Below, piece by piece: positions 31,701-38,694 of a DNA stretch of 64,000 nucleotides (position 1 is its first letter; each line of letters begins with the position of its first letter). The notes under the pieces were generated by a model. It searched no databases, was not told the DNA's origin, and saw only the letters and a program-made list of their open reading frames with translations. Position numbers and translations under genes: made by a program. Source of the DNA: a virus (taxonomy: Duplodnaviria; Caudoviricetes); IMG/VR virus record IMGVR_UViG_3300028048_000042; one strand, given 5' to 3'.

Positions 31701-32516
31701 GCAGCTTATATTAAGCGAAATGGTATAGGAAAAACTTTAACAGGAAGAGGAAACAAGTTAACAACTGATGAATCTGATAAAACAAATGGTACAGCAAAAC
31801 CAAAAGATACAAAAAAATCTAAATATGTAAAAATTCCTTCGAATGGTACAGTTCTTGATGCTACAGCAGGTGTTCCAACGCCATCTAAATATGATGGCCC
31901 TAGTGCGGCAGTAATTGCGAGTCAGACAGATTCACAAAGTGTTTATTATGTAGAGCAAATTTCTCGTAGCATTGGTGCAGCAAAAGAAAGCACTATGACA
32001 TTGACACTTACTTGTGGTCGTATGATGGGAAAACCTTCAGCAATGGATTTAATGATGATGTTGTATAAGACTTATTATGACCCTGCGTTAGGGTATGTTG
32101 CAGATTTAGGTACAATTGCAAAATATCAAGAAAAATATAAAGGCGCAACAAAAGAACATGAAATTAAACCTGCTGATACATTGACATTGATGGCAATGGC
32201 AGAATATCCTGATGTATTTACTTTTGAAGTAGCACATAATCCAAAAATAGAACAGACTGAAGATGCTCAAAATGACCCATATTTGTTGGCAAACATTTTG
32301 GCAGGAAAATCAGAATTTAAACCAACAGATGATGAAAAAAAAGTTTTCCAACAAGCGATAGATAAAGGATGGAAAAAATTAACTTCAATAATTAAAGGAA
32401 AGACTTATAGAGTAAATCCTGAAGACCCATCTGAAGGTGAAGAAGTTTTTGATTATGTTTACTATGTATATGACAATTCAAGACAAAGATGGAGTTTTAT
32501 TCGTAGTGGAGATTAA
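28707..32516 (+). CDS. Baseplate hub (gp27-like) with LysM
   Basis: QIFFGYID..ISASDQLKLL, EFFADEEGNIVLK, IKVGNPIRI, YYVEQISRS..MTLTL; LysM YEIKSPDTFWTIAQKYL at ~30840-31015. Confidence 0.65.
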   Translation: MAEEKDEKKEKEEQKNQEISKNQADAKAKTKNAKGLLPEGVDDGSNPFATGEINTSGTYGMNVGRDILKGATFRKYEFPEKLEGVQLQYANTEKQLKVVNFKQDYVVLIRKKLFYAANSQGQIGNDAATIDDGNYIRSYKLDTFTSIRTNISIAGTAGNCQIELQGAERAYCFEESKKTPHGAPLLKGMISDQWPDNYAQIVYDSNNSMGVRDSTDEKDDKKTDSIYDNQDFESKGRGTVWNRDDAQSVEYNGRKAEIHTRYQKYATEDGYSYGVVGKVRIYQNNIDDKYVEQLKVDAKNPDEKISKPAKQKLELLHSDENGKWYYEGTLPARSSEESQEEPERISGWKIVEKCDFEPMDEVWVFGKSNFERDETGDFAMKQIFFGYIDTITKQHSAGKTAGCTVTISASDQLKLLDLSYVTMNPSMTPGISMGNGGIDLRFSAQDKAHFGTFEVFNPYAVAQMIGAKGTVEDASDAQKEVIRSAWRYLSLSNCFAGKPVCEIIKTLCIDAGIPTWYLKDRIEPIRFPPFVYMLKQANSGTLFNAVMQKRLQMCATAANKLMLEFFADEEGNIVLKVPNYILGANTLTKNNMGFSQLDGGVLNSINIDDIKPFYSAIGIDQAREQDKERISKDTDESSQEALSHAGDDLTPEAKQYYYQQMAERVALFNEGNYTMAANMLNGVVETNEAAQYISDFRTFNPQLNPTSQASVDYEIKSPDTFWTIAQKYLNTGERYNEILLDVREQVPGMENLGANECERVYGKTITINLNRSFNELDKNGKSVVRESSQAMYEKFQNGTYNIWQKGVRRKPKTQQDYERNVLNRYDQSLSEMTDALIPEIPQEYVISFNLTDSDKQLYNMYEVNIEGDFGIFDKGGLINKIARVFPDFSSMLRFGCRPAPQTISFPYMGNRENAHLLGFMLTAQSVAKRHSATLSMIEDSSIKVGNPIRIFTYDEHPDLPLYPQGNHTVGNTAYTATGANGNTATLEQNQMAQIYQQQAAYIKRNGIGKTLTGRGNKLTTDESDKTNGTAKPKDTKKSKYVKIPSNGTVLDATAGVPTPSKYDGPSAAVIASQTDSQSVYYVEQISRSIGAAKESTMTLTLTCGRMMGKPSAMDLMMMLYKTYYDPALGYVADLGTIAKYQEKYKGATKEHEIKPADTLTLMAMAEYPDVFTFEVAHNPKIEQTEDAQNDPYLLANILAGKSEFKPTDDEKKVFQQAIDKGWKKLTSIIKGKTYRVNPEDPSEGEEVFDYVYYVYDNSRQRWSFIRSGD

Positions 32517-32553
32517 TGTTGTGTGAACAATTAAAAGCTTAATAAAATATAAA

Positions 32554-32592
32554 ATTTCAAAAGACCTTTCTAAATGTGAGGTCTTTTGAAAT
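32554..32592. repeat. 14-bp-arm hairpin between hub and next ORF
   Basis: ATTTCAAAAGACCT...AGGTCTTTTGAAAT. Confidence 0.8.
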
Positions 32593-32612
32593 ATTTTAGA
32601 AAGGAAATAATT

Positions 32613-33491
32613 ATGGGAAGAAATTATGGCATTGAAAAAATACATACTTCAGATGGTACAGAGGTTCTTTCATTGTGGAATAATGAAATGGCAAAAACAA
32701 TGCATATCGTTGCAATGAAAAAAGATAAAGATTCATCTCAATTTAAATCAATGTCTAGTGATGAAAGAATTTTTGATGTTCAATCTTTTGAAGTATCTAA
32801 TACAATGCAGGAGAAAACTCACGAACAGAAGATGTTGGAAGAATTATTTCGTGCGAGTATTTCGTTAAATCCTGAAGTTTTTGGTAATGCTTTGGATATA
32901 AATCTAAAACAATATAATGATTCTATGAATGCTCATAAAGGAACAAAAATAAAAATACCAACAGGATTAACTCTTGGTTTTCAAGAAAAACCTGCAACAC
33001 GAGCAAAAGATGGTACAGAAGCAAAAACAGAAAAACCAAAAGAAAAAAAAGAAGAAAAGCCACAAAATAGTGCAGAACAAAAAGACCCTGAATCTAATGA
33101 AAAAACAAACAAACCAAAGGCTGATGAAAAATCAGATGAACAGAATTCTGACAAAAATAAGGGTGAGAAAAAAACTGCTCCAAAAATTGAAGAAGCTAAA
33201 AAAGACAAAGATAAAAGTGTAAAAGAAAAAATTCAAGATAAATATGGTAAAGGTGGTAAAATACCTAAAGAGGATTTGAAAACAGTTAATGTGGAATCTT
33301 CAGGATATGGAAAAATGGAGAATCAAGCACGTATGGCTGCAAGATTAAGCGCAGGGAAAGTTGCAATAGATAAAGGATTGTTGGTATCTTATGACCAAAC
33401 AAAAATTAAAGAAGTTGGCAAAGGTGTTTATGATTCAAAAACAGGAAAATATACAGGAACTTTTTCAGTTGTAGGTTTGGAAAAGGTATGA
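32613..33491 (+). CDS. Hypothetical virion-module protein with Lys/Glu-rich linker
   Basis: SD GAAAGGAA before ATG 32613; contains a LysM C-half-like segment (SLNPEVF..KGTKIKIP). Confidence 0.6.
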   Translation: MGRNYGIEKIHTSDGTEVLSLWNNEMAKTMHIVAMKKDKDSSQFKSMSSDERIFDVQSFEVSNTMQEKTHEQKMLEELFRASISLNPEVFGNALDINLKQYNDSMNAHKGTKIKIPTGLTLGFQEKPATRAKDGTEAKTEKPKEKKEEKPQNSAEQKDPESNEKTNKPKADEKSDEQNSDKNKGEKKTAPKIEEAKKDKDKSVKEKIQDKYGKGGKIPKEDLKTVNVESSGYGKMENQARMAARLSAGKVAIDKGLLVSYDQTKIKEVGKGVYDSKTGKYTGTFSVVGLEKV

Positions 33492-34548
33492 AGGTGATAT
33501 AATTGGCAAATATACCAAGTTATAATCAAATTGATTATGAAAATGATGATTTATCGGTAATTGAAGCAAAAAAGAAAGCAATTGCTAAACAGGAAGCTGC
33601 TGAAAAAGCAAAACAAGAAGCTTCTGAAAAAGAAAAGTCTGCAAATAAATCGAGAGAAACTGCTAGTCAAAAGACCAATCAAGCAAAAGAAAAAGATTCG
33701 CAGAAAAAAAACTCTGCATTAACAACTGCTACAGAAAAAGCAAAAGCGGCAGGTAGTGAAAAAGTGGCTGATGTAAAAAATAAAGCGGCGGATGCTAAAG
33801 CACAAATTGATAAAGCAAAGGATAAAGCAAAAAATTTAAAAAGTGCTCTTAGCGGTGAAGGAATGTCTTTGATTCAAAATGCAGTGTTAGGTGCTGTAAT
33901 GGGGAAACTGTCAAGTGTGCCTGCAATGGGCGTTATTAATAAGATAGCAGGCGTTGCAGGTGTTGTTGGTGGTGTGAGTGCGTTAACTAAAATAATGAAA
34001 AAAGCAAAACTAAAACGCAATGATAAAAATGCTAACACTATTGAACAAAGCAAAAAGGATTCTAGTGATATAAAAACTGATGAAACTTTGGCAGGAGAAA
34101 CAGGGAAAGAACAAACAAATGCTAAAGTTTCCACAGGAGAAACTACAGAGAGTTTAAAATCAAACACTCAAAAAATTCAGATTCAAAATGCTGATATAAT
34201 AAAAGCGAAAAATTCAATACCGAATGTAGATAAAGTATTGATTTATGTTGGAAAAAATAAAAAGGGTATAAAGAATAAACTTGGCTCTTCTGTAAAAAAG
34301 AGGTGATATAATTGGCAAATATACCAAGTTATAATCAAATTGATTATGAAAATGATGATTTATCGGTAATCGAAGCGAAAAAAAAAGCGATTGCTAAACA
34401 GGAAGCTGCTGAAAGAGCAAGACAAGCAAAAACAATAAACATACCGAGTTATAATCAAATAGATTATGAAAATGATGATTTGTCTGTAATTGAAGCAAAG
34501 AAAAAAGCCATTGCAAAGCAAGAAGCGGCTGAAAGAGCAAAACAAGCA
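33492..34548 (+). repeat. Three direct repeats of ~110-120 nt encoding NIPSYNQIDYENDDLSVIEAKKKAIAKQEAAE
   Basis: Copies at ~33492-33612, ~34301-34420 and ~34436-34548; the first two include the RBS and TTG start. Confidence 0.92.
33503..34306 (+). CDS. Lys/Ala-rich hypothetical protein with repeated leader and hydrophobic Gly-rich helix
   Basis: SD AAGGTGA, TTG start, co-oriented within the tail operon. Confidence 0.65.
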   Translation: MANIPSYNQIDYENDDLSVIEAKKKAIAKQEAAEKAKQEASEKEKSANKSRETASQKTNQAKEKDSQKKNSALTTATEKAKAAGSEKVADVKNKAADAKAQIDKAKDKAKNLKSALSGEGMSLIQNAVLGAVMGKLSSVPAMGVINKIAGVAGVVGGVSALTKIMKKAKLKRNDKNANTIEQSKKDSSDIKTDETLAGETGKEQTNAKVSTGETTESLKSNTQKIQIQNADIIKAKNSIPNVDKVLIYVGKNKKGIKNKLGSSVKKR

Positions 34549-35121
34549 GAATTAGCAACAAAATCTAAAAATGCAGAATCAAATGAATTGGCAAAAGAAT
34601 TTAAAGAAGTTTCGAAACAGCATAAAATAGAGAATGCAGGCACAGACCCCAATGCACAAGATGGTAAAAATGACAGTGCTGTACAAGAAAAAGCACAAGA
34701 AATGGATGACCAAGCGAAAACAATTTCAGGTTCTTTATCAGGCGCAGGTGCAGGTGCTAAAAAAAAGAAAAAAACGAAATTGTTAGATAAAGCAAAAAAA
34801 GCTATTGATAAGAAAAAAGAAAAAATATCATCAAAAGCGGCATCAAAAATAATGAGTAAATTGAGCGAACATTTGGGAAATAATGCTTTAAAAATTGTGG
34901 CTCAAACAGCAGGCACTACAGTATTAACTCAGGGACTTGTTAAAGGTATAAATAGTATACTGAATGGTCAAAAAACAATAGGTTCTAAAAAAACACCCAA
35001 TGGTAATAAAACGGCAACATCAGCAGATGGTTTAAAAAAGGTTAAAAAAGAAGATTTGGAGTCGATTCCAAAATCTGTAGTCTTTGCGAATAATACTATA
35101 GGAGCAAGGACAAAAAAATAA
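34312..35121 (+). CDS. Lys/Ala-rich hypothetical protein with two leader copies
   Basis: Same RBS and N-terminus as 33503..34306. Confidence 0.65.
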   Translation: MANIPSYNQIDYENDDLSVIEAKKKAIAKQEAAERARQAKTINIPSYNQIDYENDDLSVIEAKKKAIAKQEAAERAKQAELATKSKNAESNELAKEFKEVSKQHKIENAGTDPNAQDGKNDSAVQEKAQEMDDQAKTISGSLSGAGAGAKKKKKTKLLDKAKKAIDKKKEKISSKAASKIMSKLSEHLGNNALKIVAQTAGTTVLTQGLVKGINSILNGQKTIGSKKTPNGNKTATSADGLKKVKKEDLESIPKSVVFANNTIGARTKK

Positions 35122-35129
35122 AAGTTATT

Positions 35130-35159
35130 AAAATAAGCTAACCTTGTTAGCTTATTTTT
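35130..35159 (+). terminator. Terminator-like hairpin
   Basis: AAAATAAGCTAAC-ctt-GTTAGCTTATTTT. Confidence 0.65.
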
Positions 35160-35191
35160 CTTTTAGATACACTAGAAGAAAGGAAAAAATT

Positions 35192-36175
35192 ATGCCAATT
35201 TTTAATACAGAAGCACAACAAACAGCAAAATTGAATAGTGAATCACAACCAAGAATTCAAAGAACAGTTCCTCCTTCTGTTTCCACTTATCAGTTGGATA
35301 AAAATAAAAATAGAGTAGAGGATATGTATCAATTGCAATTACGAGTTGCCACAATTCAAAATCCAATGAGAAGTATTAATAGTCCAATTAGTCAAGACCC
35401 ATTGGAAACAAGTGGAGTTATTAACTTAAATACAGGTAATTGTGTGTTGCGTTTTAATGACCTTGGCGGTGTTGGTGCAGGTTCGTTGAATGCTTCAGGG
35501 CAACAGGCTAATGGCCCTATTTCATATGCTCCGTGTGACAGGACATTAAATGAAATGTCAGATGATGATAATACATCGACAGTGCCGTTGACATATCCAT
35601 TTATTTTTACAAATGCTAAAAATTGGTGTGGCATAAATTATATGCCACCTGTAAATAGTAAGGTTATTATAGGATTTGGAAAAAGCCATTTTCCTTTTAT
35701 TCTTGGTTATTTAACAGAGAATTATAAAATATTAACTCCCCCATTGATGCCAGGTGAGGTATGTATAAAAGGTTGGGGTAATAATTATATTCATTGGCAA
35801 TGGAGCAATAAAATTGAAATTGTTGCAGGTGCAAATCAAGGAACTCAAGATTTAGATGATTCTTCAGGTGGAAAAAGTTCTACAGCGGATGCAAGAGCAA
35901 GAATAAGTGTTGACGGAGATAATGGGTCAATATCATTAACTGTTAATGGGTCAGGAATTCTCATTAATGATTCAGGTGTATTCTTACAATCCAATGGTTC
36001 AAGTTCTTTATCTATTACAGAAGATTCTGCACGTTTGCAAGTAAAAGGTAATAGCTCATTGAGTTTGCAAGAAAATGGTATTGGAGTAGCTACTTCAGGT
36101 GGTGTTGATGTCAACAGCTCTACTTATGGCAATAATGCTGCGAATATTGGCGGTAACTCCACAGTACCTGCTTAA
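35192..36175 (+). CDS. Baseplate central spike (gpV/gp5-like)
   Basis: OB-fold motif GINYMPPVNSKVIIGF..PFILGYL; C-terminal Ser/Gly beta-helix repeats. ATG 35192 follows an SD. Confidence 0.7.
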   Translation: MPIFNTEAQQTAKLNSESQPRIQRTVPPSVSTYQLDKNKNRVEDMYQLQLRVATIQNPMRSINSPISQDPLETSGVINLNTGNCVLRFNDLGGVGAGSLNASGQQANGPISYAPCDRTLNEMSDDDNTSTVPLTYPFIFTNAKNWCGINYMPPVNSKVIIGFGKSHFPFILGYLTENYKILTPPLMPGEVCIKGWGNNYIHWQWSNKIEIVAGANQGTQDLDDSSGGKSSTADARARISVDGDNGSISLTVNGSGILINDSGVFLQSNGSSSLSITEDSARLQVKGNSSLSLQENGIGVATSGGVDVNSSTYGNNAANIGGNSTVPA

Positions 36176-36189
36176 AAAAGGTGATATAA

Positions 36190-36675
36190 ATGTCAGTTGA
36201 CGCTAAAATTTTTACATTGTGTGACCATACCACAGGCGGTAAGGTATATTCGGTTGATTTGTGTCCAAAATGTTTAGGCAAAGGATATTATTATGATATT
36301 GATTTCGATTTACAAGGACAGGCGAAATTAATTACAGGAACACAAAAACTACAACAGGAAGTTCTTAAAATTATAAATGATGAACGAGGAAACAATTTGT
36401 ATTTTAATCGTTGGGGTTCAGACGTACATGATTTGATTGGCTCAAAACAGGATAAATTAACAAATTCTCGTTTGCAAATAATGGTCAGGATGTCGTTGGA
36501 ATATTTGCAGTTGTTACAACAATCTGCACACAGTGAATATGAAAATTTCTCTTCAGATGAAATTTTGTTAGGCATAGAAAGTATTGAAATGCAGAGTTAT
36601 GTTGTTGGTTATGATATGAGAGTAACTTTAAAAAATCAATCTAACGATATACTAGACCAAACAATTCTTCTATAA
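36190..36675 (+). CDS. Baseplate gp25-like sheath initiator with N-terminal Zn knuckle
   Basis: GTQKLQQEVLKI..RG.N..WGS..DLIG; CDH..CPKC at the N-terminus. Confidence 0.7.
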   Translation: MSVDAKIFTLCDHTTGGKVYSVDLCPKCLGKGYYYDIDFDLQGQAKLITGTQKLQQEVLKIINDERGNNLYFNRWGSDVHDLIGSKQDKLTNSRLQIMVRMSLEYLQLLQQSAHSEYENFSSDEILLGIESIEMQSYVVGYDMRVTLKNQSNDILDQTILL

Positions 36676-36693
36676 TAAAGTAGGTGCAAAATT

Positions 36694-38679
36694 TTGATTA
36701 GACAAAGAGTATATGACGAAATTCGTCAATCTATTCGTGATAATATTAATGATAAAGACCCACGAATAGATAGTAAGGCAGGTACATTTGTATCAGATGT
36801 GTTTGTAGCACCTGCTTCGGACGAATTAGCGGCTACTTATATTGATATGAAATATATGGAGTTACAACAATCAATTTTAACCGCAGTTGGTTATGATTTG
36901 GATAGATTGGCTCAAAATTATTTTACATATCGTAAAAGTGGCATGAAAGCTACAGGACGAGTTAAATTCTTTATTAAGAATTCAAATAGACCTAATTTAA
37001 CAGAAAGTATGTTACCAAGTGAAATTTCAATTCCTACAGGTTATGAAGTTGCAACGGCAGGTTCAATGACTGATGCACAAATAATCTACAAAACTCTTGA
37101 ACCTGTATATATGACACGAAGACAGATGTTTAATTCTGCTTTGGTTGACAGTGCAACAGGTTATAAATATGTAGAGGTTGAAGTTGAGTGTGAGGAAACA
37201 GGTGAAAGAGGTAACGTTGGTGCAAATACCATCATTCAATTCTATAGTGGTAATCTTGACGGTATTGTAGCAGTATCTAATTCATTGGCCACAACAGGTG
37301 GGCAAGATGCTGAATCAGATACATCTTTAAGATTTAGAATTATGTTGAATGTGCTTGGTGCAAGCATTTGTACTAAAGCAGGTTATCAAAAATGGACTTT
37401 CCAAAAAGATGACGTAAATGGTGTTGAGGTTATCGGAGCAGGCGATGATTTGATGTTCCGTGATGGTGGATTTATTAATGCAGCTCAACAGTATTCATAT
37501 GGCCGTGGAGGAATGGTTGATATATGGGTTCGTGGACAACGCCCACAGCAAAGAACAATTCAATATGAAATTACCACAAGTTATAAGACAGGTGTTGGAC
37601 AAACAGGTGGGTATGAAGGTATTCCATGTCATGATTTGGAATTACCTGACCAACCAATTTTAAGAATCTCTTCAATTGTTTCTAAAAATACAGGTTATGC
37701 TTATGAAAATGCAGACAATTATGAAGTGGAATATGGATATACAGGCTCAAAAATTGAACGAACATATTATAAAGATATTCTTTGGGATTTTTCTGTAACA
37801 GAAAATTTTGATGATACAGAATATTATCCGTTGGACGTAATTGATAAAACAGAAATTGAAGTTTTGAGAAAACAAGTCAATGAAGAATTACAGCGTTTGT
37901 CTGAAGAATTGACTAATATGAACTTTTCGTTGAATTGGAAATTGGCTCAGTATGAAGACCTGTCTTCTTATGATGTAACTCCAATGTTTAGAAAAGTTTA
38001 TTTTAACTCTAATGGCAATGTTGGTAATGTGTATAAATTGATTGCTGTGGACAAACGCTTAAATGGTCGTACATTTGTAAAACGCAACAATCGTATTTAT
38101 TTACGAGTATATCAAGACCCTGATTTCGCTCTTGTTCCAACACAATATAGTGATGAAGAAAAATCAAAATCACAATTGGGTAAAGATATTGGTGGAAGTA
38201 TTCTTGCAAAAGATTTAATTCATTTTACAGACAAAGGTAAAGAATTGATTCAGGATGGCGATTCATTAATTATTACATATACATATAATGCGTTGATTAG
38301 CTCTTTGCAGGCAGAAATGAATGCAATGAGAATTTTAACAGCAGACATTCTTGTTCGCCAAGCACGAGAAGTTCCTTTGCAAATTTCAATGGATGTCAAT
38401 TGTGAATTAACTGCGGATTCGGTAATTGTTCGTAATAATATTGAAACGTTAATAAGTACCTATGTAAATTCATTTATTCCTATGGGCGGCAGTTTGGAAG
38501 ATTCGCAATTGGTAACTATGGCAAGAAGTCTTGAAGGTGTTGAACACGTAGATATTGATAATGTTCAATTGTGTAAACGTGGTGGAAGTGATGTACCTGC
38601 CATTAAATTGCAGAAAAATGAATATTTCCTTATTAGCGATTTGTCAATTAGAGTTACTTCAGGTAAGGTAGTAAAGTAA
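36694..38679 (+). CDS. Baseplate J-like wedge protein
   Basis: TAVGYDLDRLA..R..KATGRVKF, GERGNVGANTI, TGGQDAESDTSLRFRI. Confidence 0.88.
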   Translation: MIRQRVYDEIRQSIRDNINDKDPRIDSKAGTFVSDVFVAPASDELAATYIDMKYMELQQSILTAVGYDLDRLAQNYFTYRKSGMKATGRVKFFIKNSNRPNLTESMLPSEISIPTGYEVATAGSMTDAQIIYKTLEPVYMTRRQMFNSALVDSATGYKYVEVEVECEETGERGNVGANTIIQFYSGNLDGIVAVSNSLATTGGQDAESDTSLRFRIMLNVLGASICTKAGYQKWTFQKDDVNGVEVIGAGDDLMFRDGGFINAAQQYSYGRGGMVDIWVRGQRPQQRTIQYEITTSYKTGVGQTGGYEGIPCHDLELPDQPILRISSIVSKNTGYAYENADNYEVEYGYTGSKIERTYYKDILWDFSVTENFDDTEYYPLDVIDKTEIEVLRKQVNEELQRLSEELTNMNFSLNWKLAQYEDLSSYDVTPMFRKVYFNSNGNVGNVYKLIAVDKRLNGRTFVKRNNRIYLRVYQDPDFALVPTQYSDEEKSKSQLGKDIGGSILAKDLIHFTDKGKELIQDGDSLIITYTYNALISSLQAEMNAMRILTADILVRQAREVPLQISMDVNCELTADSVIVRNNIETLISTYVNSFIPMGGSLEDSQLVTMARSLEGVEHVDIDNVQLCKRGGSDVPAIKLQKNEYFLISDLSIRVTSGKVVK

Positions 38680-38694
38680 GAAAGTAGGGGTATC

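Noticed and set aside
32508-32618. T4 gene 60-like GGA...GGA ribosomal bypass
   Set aside because: The GGA is not adjacent to the stop and the downstream ORF has its own strong SD and ATG; kept only as a weak alternative.
33492-34548. CRISPR array or DGR template/variable repeats
   Set aside because: Repeats are ~110 nt, coding, and differ at synonymous sites rather than adenine-specifically; no reverse transcriptase or cas genes in the window.
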